Source: Candidatus Omnitrophota bacterium
Lineage (GTDB): Bacteria; Omnitrophota; Omnitrophia; Omnitrophales; Aquincolibacteriaceae
Direction of reading: 5' to 3'
NCBI GenBank assembly: GCA_016930235.1
Contig: JAFGHI010000047.1
Span: forward strand, 8,534-72,533
Length of the DNA stretch: 64,000 bases
Shown here one piece after another: positions 28,386-38,531 of the stretch. Made by a program: the position numbers and the translations under genes. Position 1 is the stretch's first letter, and each line of letters opens with the position of its first letter. The notes under the pieces are model-generated. The model did no database searches. It was not told where the DNA came from and was given only the letters and a program-made list of their open reading frames with translations.

Positions 28386-29570
28386 TTACTGTTTTTCGAC
28401 CCAGTCTTTAATCCGACGAGCCGCTTCCTCTAGATTCTTTTCTGTCGAAGCAAAGCTCATTCTGACATAATTGTCGCTTCCAAACGGTTGTCCTGGAACA
28501 ACAGCCACATGAGCTTCTTCAATCCACTTCTCGGCTAGCTGAATGGACCCCAAACCAAGCCCGCCAACATTAACAAAGAGATAGAAGGAGCCCTGGGATT
28601 TAAACGGTTTGAGTTTTGGAATAGCCGCGATCTTCTCGTAAAAGAAATCGCGTCTCTTCTGAAATAACTGGCATGCCTTTCTGGCATCCTCTTCGCCCTT
28701 CTCAAGTGCCACAATGCCTCCCGGTTGGGCAAAAGAAGTGGGATTTGATGTCGAATGACTTTGGAGGCTCGAAACAGCTTTCGCCCACTCTTTATTCGGA
28801 TAAGCCGCATAACCAAGCCGCCAACCCGTCATCGAATAGGTTTTACTCATTCCGTTGACGACAATTGTCCTTTGAGCAATATCCGGATCCAAAGATGCAA
28901 TCGAGTAATGCTCACGACCATCGAAAATAATCTTCTCGTATATTTCATCACTAATGATAACAACATGCGGATGTTTCTTTAAAACATCGATCAGCTTTAG
29001 AAATTCATCCCGGCTGTAAACAGCTCCCGTCGGATTGGAGGGCGAATTGAGAATTAACGCTTTTGTCTTCGAGGTAATCCCTTCGGACAAAACCTTAGGA
29101 GTTAATTTAAAATCATTTTTTTCGTCTGTTTCTAAAATGACATTCTCGCCGCCCAATAAACTCACCATATCCGGATAGCTCAACCAATAAGGTGCTGGAA
29201 TGAGAATCTCATCGCCTGGATCTATCAGTGCAAACAAAGCGTTAAAGATGGAATGTTTTGCCCCGTTGGAAACGATGATTTGTTCGGGAGGGATCGAAAT
29301 TTTTTGGTCTCTTTCGAGTTTTTTAGCAATCGCTTTCCGAAGCTCTGGTGTCCCGGTTGCAGGAGTATATTTTGTTACACCTTTCTCGAGAGCCGCAATA
29401 GCTGCCTGCTTGGCATAGGCAGGTGTGTCAAAATCGGGTTCCCCGGCGCTCAAAGAAACGATATCTATCCCTTGAGCCTTCATTTCCTTGGCTTTTGCCG
29501 TAATCGCTAACGTTAAAGATGGCGCAACCGACAAAACCCTTTTGGAGAGAAAATCTTTAGCGTTGGTCAT
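28386..29570 (-). CDS. Class I PLP-dependent aspartate/aromatic aminotransferase
   Basis: Start at ATG 29570 (MTNAKDFLSKRV, SD AAAGGTG). PLP lysine context SKTYSMTGWRLGY. It overlaps the rplQ 3' end by 14 nt. Confidence 0.8.
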   Translation of the reverse strand: MTNAKDFLSKRVLSVAPSLTLAITAKAKEMKAQGIDIVSLSAGEPDFDTPAYAKQAAIAALEKGVTKYTPATGTPELRKAIAKKLERDQKISIPPEQIIVSNGAKHSIFNALFALIDPGDEILIPAPYWLSYPDMVSLLGGENVILETDEKNDFKLTPKVLSEGITSKTKALILNSPSNPTGAVYSRDEFLKLIDVLKKHPHVVIISDEIYEKIIFDGREHYSIASLDPDIAQRTIVVNGMSKTYSMTGWRLGYAAYPNKEWAKAVSSLQSHSTSNPTSFAQPGGIVALEKGEEDARKACQLFQKRRDFFYEKIAAIPKLKPFKSQGSFYLFVNVGGLGLGSIQLAEKWIEEAHVAVVPGQPFGSDNYVRMSFASTEKNLEEAARRIKDWVEKQ

Positions 29571-30126
29571 CACCTTTGAGAAATTTTCTGAGCGCACCTA
29601 GGAACCCTCCCCGTTTTTCGGATTCTTTCTTATCCGCCTTTTCTTTTTCACCTTCAGAAGGCTTCTTATCTTTTTCTGCCTTAAGTTTTTCAAGCTCCGA
29701 GTCATCTTTCTTGGAAGCTGCCTTTTCTTTTTTAAGTTTCTTAGGTTTTTTGGCTTTCTCGGGCATTTGAATTGTTTCTGTAAACTCCAACAAAGCCGTC
29801 TCAGCTCCATCGCCAAGTCGGGAACCGAGCCTTAAAACCCGAGTGTATCCCCCTTGACGGTTCTTAAAGTGCGGCGCAATATCCCGTATCAGGGCTTTCG
29901 CAATTTCAGCGGATCCTAACTTTGCTTCCAGTACACGGCGAGCATGCAAGTCGCCCCGCTTCGCTATCGTCACCATTTGATCTGCAAAAGCGCTCACCTC
30001 TTTCGCTTTGATCATCGTTGTCCGAATTTTTTTATGAAGAACAAGGCTCCGAACCATATTTCGAAGCTTGGCTTTCCTATGTTTTGTCGTGACGCCTAAT
30101 TTCCTACGTACTCGTCTATGCCGCAT
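29557..30126 (-). CDS. rplQ: 50S ribosomal protein L17 with a ~60-aa K/E-rich C-terminal extension
   Basis: 189 aa. MRHRRVRRKLGVTTKHRKAKLRNMV matches the L17 N-terminus. Confidence 0.9.
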   Translation of the reverse strand: MRHRRVRRKLGVTTKHRKAKLRNMVRSLVLHKKIRTTMIKAKEVSAFADQMVTIAKRGDLHARRVLEAKLGSAEIAKALIRDIAPHFKNRQGGYTRVLRLGSRLGDGAETALLEFTETIQMPEKAKKPKKLKKEKAASKKDDSELEKLKAEKDKKPSEGEKEKADKKESEKRGGFLGALRKFLKGDDQR

Positions 30127-30173
30127 AAATAACCCTTCGATTCCTTTCCTTCAAAATCTTTGCCTTACTTAGC

Positions 30174-31190
30174 TTACGAACTTACAGGGCTCTGTGTCGC
30201 TACCGAAATCGAGCTTTTCCCCTTTAGCCTTTCCTCAATATTCATTCCTAACGAAAGCCCCATGCTTGTTAGAATCCCATTGATTTCAGAGAGTGATTTC
30301 TTGCCGAAATTCTTGTATTTCAGCATCTGAGCTTCATTTTTCTGGACAAGATCTCCAATTGTCTTAATGTTAGCGGCCTCAAGGCAGTTCGCACTTCGAA
30401 CCGATAATTCCAATTCGCTGATTGGTTTGGAAATAAGCTCTTTAAAAGCTTGATCTTCCTCTTCCTCTTCCTCTTCCTCAATCGGAATCTCACCGTAATT
30501 GACAAAGATATCCATGTGCCGCTGCAAAATATTGGAAGCGTAAAGCAACGCCTCCTCCGGCCCCATCGCGCCATTTGTCCACAATTCGACGACTAAACGG
30601 TCATAATCCGTAATTTGTCCAACACGGCTGTCCTGTACGCTAAAATTAACTTTCACAACCGGAGAGAAAAGAGAATCAACAGCAATCGTTCCAATGGGGG
30701 CTCCTTCCTGTTTATTTTTCTCAGCAGAAACGTATCCACGCCCTCGACCAACTTCCATCTCCATTTCAAAGGGAATCTCTTTGGTCAAGTTACAGATAAC
30801 CAAGTCAGGATTGATAATTTCAATTGTTTCATCTGCCTGGATATCGCGCCCCGTAACAGGTCCGGTTTTCTTGACCTTGATAAAGATTTTCTTTGGTCCC
30901 TTCCCGTGATATCGGATAATGAGCTTTTTAATATTCAAAACAATATTCGCTCCATCCTCCAAGACACCCTCTATGCACGAGAATTCATGTAACATCCCCT
31001 CAATTTTTACGGTCGTAACTGCAGCACCCTCAATCGATGATATCAACACACGCCTGAGAGCATTCCCGATTGTTGTCCCATAACCCCTCTCAAAAGGTTC
31101 AGCAATAAATTTACCGAATGTGGGCGTTAATGTCGCCTGCTCGGCCTCCAGCCTCTTTGGCATTTCAAATGTCTTCCAACGAATTCCCAT
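30174..31190 (-). CDS. rpoA: DNA-directed RNA polymerase subunit alpha
   Basis: 338 aa. N-terminal domain and alpha-CTD (ELSVRSANCLEAANIKTIGDL). Confidence 0.95.
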   Translation of the reverse strand: MGIRWKTFEMPKRLEAEQATLTPTFGKFIAEPFERGYGTTIGNALRRVLISSIEGAAVTTVKIEGMLHEFSCIEGVLEDGANIVLNIKKLIIRYHGKGPKKIFIKVKKTGPVTGRDIQADETIEIINPDLVICNLTKEIPFEMEMEVGRGRGYVSAEKNKQEGAPIGTIAVDSLFSPVVKVNFSVQDSRVGQITDYDRLVVELWTNGAMGPEEALLYASNILQRHMDIFVNYGEIPIEEEEEEEEDQAFKELISKPISELELSVRSANCLEAANIKTIGDLVQKNEAQMLKYKNFGKKSLSEINGILTSMGLSLGMNIEERLKGKSSISVATQSPVSS

Positions 31191-31255
31191 TTGTGATTCC
31201 TCCTTAAGAATAAACTCTATTAAAAACTTTGATGTCTTTAACTTTTTTAAAACGG

Positions 31256-31882
31256 CTACTTCGAATACAATTCAACAATCAATGATTCTTCCACAGGAAG
31301 CATAGCATCTGCTTTTGTGGGAAGTCGTAAAATCGTTGCATCTAACTGATCGCGATCGAGTGATAACCATTCCGGTATGGGCAAGTCCGCCCATTTTTCA
31401 AGGCTTGCCTTAACCCGGTTTATCGTGGCTTCCTTCTTCCGGACACTAACCTTATCTCCCGTCTTCACGATATAGGACGGAATGTTAACAGAACACCCAT
31501 TGACATAAATATGCCCATGATTCACCATTTGACGGGCTTCTCGACGCGTCGTGCAAAAAAGCAACCGGTAAACAACATTATCAAGTCTTTGTTCTAACAA
31601 TTGAATCAAATTCTCTCCCGTAACACCCTTCTTACGAACGGCACGACTAAAAAATACTCGAAATTGCCTCTCTAAGAGCCCATAAATCCTCTTCAATTTC
31701 TGCTTTTCACGCAACTGAACACCATAATCCGAAAGTTTCTTCCTTTGTCCGGTTGCATGCATACCGGGTTGCTTATCCAATCTTTTCCGATGCTTTTCAT
31801 CCGTACTGCGGCGTCCTTTCAGAAAAAGGTTTACACCTTCCCGACGTGAAAGCCGACAAACTGGTCCAGTATAACGAGCCAT
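31256..31882 (-). CDS. rpsD: 30S ribosomal protein S4
   Basis: Start at MARYTGPVCRLSRREG (ATG 31882, SD AAGGAGG). The ORF-track upstream extension overlaps rpsK. Confidence 0.9.
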   Translation of the reverse strand: MARYTGPVCRLSRREGVNLFLKGRRSTDEKHRKRLDKQPGMHATGQRKKLSDYGVQLREKQKLKRIYGLLERQFRVFFSRAVRKKGVTGENLIQLLEQRLDNVVYRLLFCTTRREARQMVNHGHIYVNGCSVNIPSYIVKTGDKVSVRKKEATINRVKASLEKWADLPIPEWLSLDRDQLDATILRLPTKADAMLPVEESLIVELYSK

Positions 31883-31886
31883 AAGA

Positions 31887-32258
31887 CTACACTCTCCTCC
31901 TTTTTGGTGGTCTGCAGCCGTTATGAGGAACCGGCGTACAGTCATGAATCGCATTAATTTGCAATCCCGCCATCTGAAGTGCCCGAATTGCTGATTCACG
32001 GCCTGCTCCAGGCCCTTTGACAACGACTTCCACTTCCTTCATCCCAAATTCTATCGCTTTCTTAGCTGCTTTTTCTGAGGCCACTTGAGCCGCAAAGGGA
32101 GTTGATTTCTTCGATCCTTTGAACCCAGCCGCTCCCGCAGATGACCAACAAATCGCTGCCCCGGTGGGATCCGTCACAGTCACAATGGTATTATTAAAAC
32201 TCGCCGTAATATGTACAACCCCGCGTGCGACTTGTTTTATCTTTTTTTTCTTTGCCAT
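31887..32258 (-). CDS. rpsK: 30S ribosomal protein S11
   Basis: 123 aa. [18 protein letters not shown]. Confidence 0.9.
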   Translation of the reverse strand: MAKKKKIKQVARGVVHITASFNNTIVTVTDPTGAAICWSSAGAAGFKGSKKSTPFAAQVASEKAAKKAIEFGMKEVEVVVKGPGAGRESAIRALQMAGLQINAIHDCTPVPHNGCRPPKRRRV

Positions 32259-32283
32259 TTTTTATCTCCTAAATCAATCAAAA

Positions 32284-32670
32284 TTACTTTGGGGACGGTG
32301 GCTTCTTATTCAATCCGCCGATTGTTCTTCGAGGACCTTTGCGCGTCCTTGAATTTGTATGAGTCCTCTGCCCTCTAACCGGCAGGCCCTTAATATGACG
32401 ACTTCCACGATAACAACGAATATCGACTAACCGTTTGATATTTTGTTGAACATCCCGGCGCAAATCCCCTTCAACTTTAGAACGCTTTTGCAAAACCGTA
32501 GCGATCGTAGAGACTTCTTTTTCTGTCAGATCCTTCGCCCGCTTACCAGGGTCCACTTCCGCTTCAACAAGAATCCTGTTAGATAAAGTCCTCCCAACGC
32601 CATAAAGATAGGTTAAGGCTATCTCAATCCTCTTATCTCTTGGTATATCCACTCCTAAAATACGCGGCAT
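32284..32670 (-). CDS. rpsM: 30S ribosomal protein S13
   Basis: 128 aa. [26 protein letters not shown]. Confidence 0.9.
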   Translation of the reverse strand: MPRILGVDIPRDKRIEIALTYLYGVGRTLSNRILVEAEVDPGKRAKDLTEKEVSTIATVLQKRSKVEGDLRRDVQQNIKRLVDIRCYRGSRHIKGLPVRGQRTHTNSRTRKGPRRTIGGLNKKPPSPK

Positions 32671-32745
32671 ATGATCAACTCCTTAATATGAATTCGTTTC
32701 GCTTCCAAATGCTTTCACGAAACCTGAATAAACAGCTTTATAACT

Positions 32746-32859
32746 CTACCCTTGTCTCTGTTTGTGCTTCGGATTCGTGCAAATTACATACACGATACCT
32801 TTGCGCCGAATGATTTTACAATTCTCACATACTCTTCTAATAGAACTTCGCACTTTCAT
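32746..32859 (-). CDS. rpmJ: 50S ribosomal protein L36
   Basis: Found by hand; below the ORF-track size cutoff. [37 protein letters not shown] (37 aa) is zinc-ribbon L36. Confidence 0.85.
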   Translation of the reverse strand: MKVRSSIRRVCENCKIIRRKGIVYVICTNPKHKQRQG

Positions 32860-32872
32860 TTTTTTATCCTAT

Positions 32873-33091
32873 CTATTTAATACGATATGTAATACGACCC
32901 CGCGTCAAATCATAGGGTGATAGCTCTAGCTTAACTCGATCACCTTTAAGGATTCGGATATAGTGCATTCTCATCTTTCCCGAAACGTGTGCCAACACTT
33001 TATGTCCGTTATCCAGCTCGATCCGAAACATAGCGTTCGGCAAAGGCTCTACAACCGTTCCTTCTACTTCAATCGAGTCTTCCTTTGGCAT
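32873..33091 (-). CDS. infA: Translation initiation factor IF-1
   Basis: 72 aa. [34 protein letters not shown]. Confidence 0.9.
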   Translation of the reverse strand: MPKEDSIEVEGTVVEPLPNAMFRIELDNGHKVLAHVSGKMRMHYIRILKGDRVKLELSPYDLTRGRITYRIK

Positions 33092-33107
33092 CTCATTTAA
33101 ACCTGCT

Positions 33108-33869
33108 TTAAAATTCTTTTCCTAAATCTCCTGTTAAATTCATAAAACCATTTTCTAAAAAAGCTATCGTATCTTCATAATGGGTTGCGTATTTCTTGTC
33201 TTTCGTAACAACCGTCCAGCCGTTTTCCAACACCTCTACATCATAATGCCCTTCGGTCACCATAGGCTCAATAGCAACCACTAGCCCCGGTTCAATTTTT
33301 GGTCCTTGCCCGGGCTTTCCAAAATTCGGGACCTGCGGGTCTTCATGCATTTCCCGACCAATGCCATGGCCAACGTAATTCCTAACAACCTGGTATCCTT
33401 GGGCCTCTACGTAACTTTGTATTGCTGCCGACAAATCACCAATCCGCCAGCCTGGTTGATAATTTTTAAGAGCTTTGGCCAATGCCCCCCTTGCAGAATC
33501 CACAAAACTTTTAATTTTCTGATCGGCGTTGCCAACAACCCACGTTCTGGCAGCATCAGCATGATATCCTTGGAGTCGAACGCCTACATCGAAACTAACA
33601 ATATCTTGATCCTTTATTTCCCGCTCTCCGGGAATCCCATGAACGACCTCCTCATTCAAGGAAATACAAGCCGTTTTGGGGAAGCCGTGATAACCTTTAA
33701 ATGCGGGTTCTCCGCCAGCTTTAAGAATCATTTCTTCTGACATACGGTCTAAGTCATCCGTTGTCATCCCCGACCGCAATGACTTTTCCATTTCTGCGAG
33801 CACTTCCTTAATGATTTCCCCTGCTTCCCGCATAATCCCGATTTCTCGGTCGGATTTCAGCGCAATCAT
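33108..33869 (-). CDS. map: Methionine aminopeptidase type I
   Basis: 253 aa. Metal-ligand motifs of the M24A family. Confidence 0.9.
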   Translation of the reverse strand: MIALKSDREIGIMREAGEIIKEVLAEMEKSLRSGMTTDDLDRMSEEMILKAGGEPAFKGYHGFPKTACISLNEEVVHGIPGEREIKDQDIVSFDVGVRLQGYHADAARTWVVGNADQKIKSFVDSARGALAKALKNYQPGWRIGDLSAAIQSYVEAQGYQVVRNYVGHGIGREMHEDPQVPNFGKPGQGPKIEPGLVVAIEPMVTEGHYDVEVLENGWTVVTKDKKYATHYEDTIAFLENGFMNLTGDLGKEF

Positions 33870-34525
33870 ACCCGTATCTTAATTTTGTCAAAAAGCTCTT
33901 TGATGCTCTTCTGAACTTCTGTAACGCCTTCTTCTCCTGCAATATTATAAAGCCAACCTTTTTTTGAATAATACACAACGAGCGGCTTGGTCTCTTTCTC
34001 ATAGGTAACCAAGCGATGTTTGATCGTCTCCGGCTGATCATCCTTTCTCTGCGTTAAAGGCTTCCCGCAAAGATCACATATTCCTTCTTTCTTCGGCGGA
34101 ATATTACGGATATGATAATTACCGCCGCAATCTACGCATACCCGCCTGCCTGATAAACGATCTACAATCACATCTTCGGAAGCAATAAAATTTATAACTC
34201 CGTCCAATTTTGTTTTTTCTTTCAAAAGGAATTTATCAAAGGCCTCGGCTTGCCCCAATGTTCTGGGATATCCATCAAGGATAAACCCTTTTTCAACCCC
34301 CGAAGTCCTAATCGTCTCAAACATCATGGCGTTAACCAACTCATCGGGGACAAGGCCCCCTTTTTCGATAATATCCTTCGCCTGCATTCCGAGTTTCGTT
34401 TTTTCCCGAATGTGCTGTCTCAAGATATCCCCCGTTGCGAGGTGCGGAACCTTCATGCTCTCACTCAAAATCTTAGCATGCGTCCCTTTTCCAACACCTG
34501 GAGGTCCTAAAAATACTAATTTCAT
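33866..34525 (-). CDS. adk: Adenylate kinase, long type with CxxC...CxxC zinc lid
   Basis: 219 aa. Walker A GPPGVGKGT. Lid carries CVDCG...CDLCG. Confidence 0.9.
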   Translation of the reverse strand: MKLVFLGPPGVGKGTHAKILSESMKVPHLATGDILRQHIREKTKLGMQAKDIIEKGGLVPDELVNAMMFETIRTSGVEKGFILDGYPRTLGQAEAFDKFLLKEKTKLDGVINFIASEDVIVDRLSGRRVCVDCGGNYHIRNIPPKKEGICDLCGKPLTQRKDDQPETIKHRLVTYEKETKPLVVYYSKKGWLYNIAGEEGVTEVQKSIKELFDKIKIRV

Positions 34526-34526
34526 T

Positions 34527-35897
34527 TTACCTTCTAGATTTTAACTTCCCTTTTTTAATAAAACCTTCATAGTGGCGCATCAATAACTGAGATTCGATTT
34601 GCTGCATAGTATCCAAAACCACACCTACAATAATCAGCAAACCTGTTCCTCCGAAGAAGCTAGCAATCAAAAACGGAATATTCAAAACTTTTGGTGACGA
34701 AATAATGCTCGGCAACAACGCAATAATCGCTAAAAAAATAGCGCCGCTCGCAGCAATCCTCGTCATAATGTAATCCAAATATTCAGCCGTATTCTTGCCA
34801 GGCCTGATCCCTGGAACAAAACCACCATACTTCTGAAGATTTTCACTAACATCAATCGGATTGAACGTAATCGCTGTGTAAAAGAACGTAAAAAACAAAA
34901 TTAATAGCGCATAAATAATGGAATACGTTATCGTTCCCATCGTTAAATGCCGCGCAACGGATGTCAAAGCCCCCGCGTCCGGGAAAAAACCCGCAATCGT
35001 TGCCGGAAACAAAATCACCGATTGAGCAAAGATAATTGGAATAACACCCGCTTGGTTAACCTTAAGCGGTAAATAGGTACTCTGCCCTCCATACATCCGA
35101 TGCCCGCGAATTTGCCTGGCGTATTGGACAGGAATCTTTCGCTGGCCCTGAGTAATTAAAATCACACTTACAACCGTAATCACAAAAAGAGCACACATAA
35201 GTCCAAATTTCCACCAAGACAACTGCTGTCGCGCTAAATCAAACGGCGAAAGAAGAATCCAAGTCTGCCATAAAGCTGTAGGCAACGACGCAATAATTCC
35301 TGAAGTAATGATAATGGACATCCCATTACCAATCCCGTATTGATCAATCTGCTCACCCAGCCACATGATAAACGCTGTTCCTGTCGTTAAGGTTAGCATT
35401 GTCATCAATCGGAATCCCCAGCCGGGATCCGGCACAATCACCGTCCCGTTAAAAGCGTTAGGGTTTTCCAACCACAAAGAAATGAAGAAAGTTTGAATAA
35501 TACTCAAGATTACCGTCCCATAGCGGGTATACTGAATAATCTTTTTTCTTCCCTCTTCTCCTTCTTTTGCCAGTTTTTCCAGATGGGGTATCACCACTGT
35601 TAACAACTGCAAAATAATCGAGGCGGAGATATAAGGCATAATTCCTAATGCGAAAATGGTTGCCTTTTCTAAAGCTCCCCCCGAGAACATTCCCATAATG
35701 CCAAAGAGCGTCCCACCCGGAGTTCTTGAAATACTTTCGAAGAACCTCGCCAACGCCATTCCGTCAATCCCCGGCGTTGGGATATATGCTCCGACCCGGT
35801 AGATAAAAATAATGAGCAACGTAAAAAGAACTTTTGATCTTAATTCTGGAACTTTAAAAATGTTCCCAAAGGCTTGAAACATATGGCCTTTCGTCAA
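34527..35897 (-). CDS. secY: Preprotein translocase subunit SecY
   Basis: 456 aa, 10 TM, in the conserved position between rplO and adk. Confidence 0.95.
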   Translation of the reverse strand: MTKGHMFQAFGNIFKVPELRSKVLFTLLIIFIYRVGAYIPTPGIDGMALARFFESISRTPGGTLFGIMGMFSGGALEKATIFALGIMPYISASIILQLLTVVIPHLEKLAKEGEEGRKKIIQYTRYGTVILSIIQTFFISLWLENPNAFNGTVIVPDPGWGFRLMTMLTLTTGTAFIMWLGEQIDQYGIGNGMSIIITSGIIASLPTALWQTWILLSPFDLARQQLSWWKFGLMCALFVITVVSVILITQGQRKIPVQYARQIRGHRMYGGQSTYLPLKVNQAGVIPIIFAQSVILFPATIAGFFPDAGALTSVARHLTMGTITYSIIYALLILFFTFFYTAITFNPIDVSENLQKYGGFVPGIRPGKNTAEYLDYIMTRIAASGAIFLAIIALLPSIISSPKVLNIPFLIASFFGGTGLLIIVGVVLDTMQQIESQLLMRHYEGFIKKGKLKSRR

Positions 35898-36319
35898 ATA
35901 ATGACTGCTTGTCCACCGGCCTTTTCGATCTTTTCTTTTGCAGATTGGCTGAACCGATGGGCTTTCACAGTCATGGGTTTACTGATTTCACCTTCTCCTA
36001 AAACTTTGAGTTTTGCCTTTTCGTTTTTAACAAGGCCTTTCTCAAAAAGTATTTCCGGAGAAATCTCGTTTTCTTTTAAACTTGCAATTCTTGATAAATT
36101 AACGACATTAAAATCGCTGCGGAAAGCATCATGATTAAACCCGCGCTTTGGCAAACGTCGATAAAGAGGATTTTGTCCACCTTCAAACCCTGGCCGGAAA
36201 GAGTATCCGGAACGTGATCTCTGACCTTTATGCCCTTTTGTCGATGTCTTTCCATGCCCGGAACCTGTCCCGCAGCCTAATCTTTTTCTTCTCTTCTTAT
36301 AAGGAAATTTCGCTCTCAT
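35894..36319 (-). CDS. rplO: 50S ribosomal protein L15
   Basis: 141 aa. G/R-rich N-terminus [25 protein letters not shown]. Confidence 0.9.
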   Translation of the reverse strand: MRAKFPYKKRRKRLGCGTGSGHGKTSTKGHKGQRSRSGYSFRPGFEGGQNPLYRRLPKRGFNHDAFRSDFNVVNLSRIASLKENEISPEILFEKGLVKNEKAKLKVLGEGEISKPMTVKAHRFSQSAKEKIEKAGGQAVII

Positions 36320-36963
36320 GATTGATCAACTTCTTCCTCTTCTTCATGACGGATTTGAGAGTCCACTAATTCTTTCAGCCCTTCAATAGTGGCCTTTAAA
36401 ACATTCACAGAATTATCACTCCCTAAACTCTTTGTTAGGATATCCTTAATGCCTGCCGACTCGCAAACTGCGCGAACTGCTCCTCCCGCAATCACACCTG
36501 TCCCAGGCGAGGCGGGTTTGAGCAAAACTTTCGCTGCCCCATATTTTCCGATAACTTCATGAGGGATTGTTGTCCCCTTTAAAGTGACTGAAAACTTTCT
36601 TTTCTGAGCGAGAATCACGGCTTTGCGAATCGAGTCAGCAACTTCATTAGCTTTCCCGATGGCAAAACCAATTTCGCCGGCACCGTTTCCGACCACAACT
36701 AATGAACTAAAATGAAACCTTCGCCCCCCTTTGACAACCTTGGCACAGCGATTCACTTGGATAACTTTTTCGTAATTAATGGTTTCCACCGATTCTTTTA
36801 CGGCTTGAGCCGTCTTTTCTACTCGGGCTTCTTGCTGACCACGAGACACCTGGGCTTTATCAGATTTTTTCTTGTCCTGAACAGCTTCGGTAGACACCGC
36901 TTCTCCTCCAGCCTCTGACATTTGTTTTGTCTCTTTCAAATCCCCATCTCCTTTTTCTTGCAT
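36316..36963 (-). CDS. rpsE: 30S ribosomal protein S5 with a ~50-aa acidic/lysine-rich N-terminal extension
   Basis: 215 aa. Core [23 protein letters not shown]. It abuts rplO with no rpmD between them. Confidence 0.9.
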   Translation of the reverse strand: MQEKGDGDLKETKQMSEAGGEAVSTEAVQDKKKSDKAQVSRGQQEARVEKTAQAVKESVETINYEKVIQVNRCAKVVKGGRRFHFSSLVVVGNGAGEIGFAIGKANEVADSIRKAVILAQKRKFSVTLKGTTIPHEVIGKYGAAKVLLKPASPGTGVIAGGAVRAVCESAGIKDILTKSLGSDNSVNVLKATIEGLKELVDSQIRHEEEEEVDQS

Positions 36964-37328
36964 TAGAATCTCAGCCCCCCTTGACGCAAAGACTCGGCTA
37001 AAGCTCGAATGCGGCCATGATATTGATAACCACCTCTGTCAAAAGCCACTTTTTCGACCCCTTTTTTCTTAAGTTTTTCTGCGAAATACTGGCCCATTTT
37101 CTCAGCTTTCGCTGTTTTGCTTGCCTTACCACACGATTTGACGAATTCCTTATCTTGAGTCGAAAAAGAATAAATCGTTCTCTCATTCAAATCATCCACA
37201 ACTTGAACATACAAATTTTTCGAAGAACGATGAACACAAAGGCGGGGTCTTTCCGGAGTCCCCTGCATTTTCTTCCTTATTCTCCCATGCCTTTTTTTTC
37301 TTCCCAGTTCTTTAGTCTCCATACTCAA
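36963..37328 (-). CDS. rplR: 50S ribosomal protein L18
   Basis: 121 aa. Confidence 0.9.
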   Translation of the reverse strand: MSMETKELGRKKRHGRIRKKMQGTPERPRLCVHRSSKNLYVQVVDDLNERTIYSFSTQDKEFVKSCGKASKTAKAEKMGQYFAEKLKKKGVEKVAFDRGGYQYHGRIRALAESLRQGGLRF

Positions 37329-37350
37329 TCAATCCTCAATTCCTAACAAA

Positions 37351-37887
37351 TTAACCTACTTTTTTGCCTTGTTTGCGCCGGATTTGTTCGCCAACGTAAT
37401 GAATACCTTTCCCCTTATACGGTTCAGGGGGGTGGAACCCTCTGACATCGGCCGCAACCTGCCCCACTTTTTGCTTATCTAATCCTGTAACAGAAACACG
37501 CGTCGGATTAGGGCACTTGACTTCAATGCCTTCCGGAATTGCGTAGTCCACAGCATGGGTATAGCCAAGTTGAAGGCTTAAGACTTTCCCTTTCACTTGA
37601 GCCTTATAACCGACTCCAACAATCTCCAGCTCTTTGATATATCCCTGCGTCACACCTTTAACGATATTTTGGATGAGACTCCGAGTTAGACCATGAAGAG
37701 CCCGATCCGTCCGAATATTGGTTGGCCGAACCACTTTTATTTCACTCGCTTCTACGCTAACTTTAATTCGCGGGTGAATATCAAGCTCGGATTTCCCCTT
37801 CGGCCCCTGGATCTTAACTTTTCGGCCCGTCTGCTCAACTTTAACACCGCTTGGTATAGCAACCGGTTTATTTCCTATCCGTGACAT
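37351..37887 (-). CDS. rplF: 50S ribosomal protein L6
   Basis: 178 aa. MSRIGNKPVAIPSGVKV. Confidence 0.9.
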   Translation of the reverse strand: MSRIGNKPVAIPSGVKVEQTGRKVKIQGPKGKSELDIHPRIKVSVEASEIKVVRPTNIRTDRALHGLTRSLIQNIVKGVTQGYIKELEIVGVGYKAQVKGKVLSLQLGYTHAVDYAIPEGIEVKCPNPTRVSVTGLDKQKVGQVAADVRGFHPPEPYKGKGIHYVGEQIRRKQGKKVG

Positions 37888-37908
37888 AAATATCCCTCGT
37901 AAGAATAA

Positions 37909-38307
37909 TTACCAAACACAACAGATCAATTCACCGCCCGCTTTTTCTTTGCGAGCAGAGCGACCAACCATCAAACCTTTGGAGGTCGAAACAATCGCAA
38001 CTCCAAGTCCGCCCCGAACTTTCGGGATACTCTCGTAACCCACATAAGACCGCAGCCCAGGTTTTGAAATCCTGCGGATCCCTTGAATCGCAGGCCTTCC
38101 GCCTTTGACATACTTCAAATGAATACGGGCAAATCGCTTATTCCCTTCTGAAAACACTTTGACGCTTCGAATGAAACCTTCATCTTTTAAAATTTCAGCG
38201 ATCCTAATGGTCATATTGGAAGCCGGTAAAGTGATTTTATCTTTACGCGCTTTTGACGCATTTCGTATAACTGTTAAAAAATCAGCTGCAAAATCTGTAA
38301 TCGGCAT
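37909..38307 (-). CDS. rpsH: 30S ribosomal protein S8
   Basis: 132 aa. [17 protein letters not shown]. Confidence 0.9.
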   Translation of the reverse strand: MPITDFAADFLTVIRNASKARKDKITLPASNMTIRIAEILKDEGFIRSVKVFSEGNKRFARIHLKYVKGGRPAIQGIRRISKPGLRSYVGYESIPKVRGGLGVAIVSTSKGLMVGRSARKEKAGGELICCVW

Positions 38308-38330
38308 TTTCGTCTCCTAAATATTCCGCC

Positions 38331-38516
38331 TTACCAACTGGATTTGACCACTCCAGGGATCAATCCTTCATGGGCTAACTCACGAAAACAAATCCGGCAA
38401 AGTGCAAATTTCCGAATATACCCCCGGGGCCGGCCACAACGTTGGCAACGATGGTATTTTCTTACTTTAAATTTCGGCTCACGTCTTTGTTTTACGATTA
38501 AACACTCTTTTGCCAT
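38331..38516 (-). CDS. rpsN: 30S ribosomal protein S14, zinc-binding type Z
   Basis: 61 aa with CxxC...CxxC ([20 protein letters not shown]). Confidence 0.9.
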   Translation of the reverse strand: MAKECLIVKQRREPKFKVRKYHRCQRCGRPRGYIRKFALCRICFRELAHEGLIPGVVKSSW

Positions 38517-38531
38517 AATTCCTCTGCTTGT

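Noticed and set aside
31256-32023. 255-aa S4 ORF-track call, and longer ORF-track starts for rplN, clpX, the MalF-like permease, surA and the aminotransferase
   Set aside because: In each case the upstream extension overlaps the preceding gene or a tRNA, and a conserved N-terminus with an SD is found at an internal ATG.
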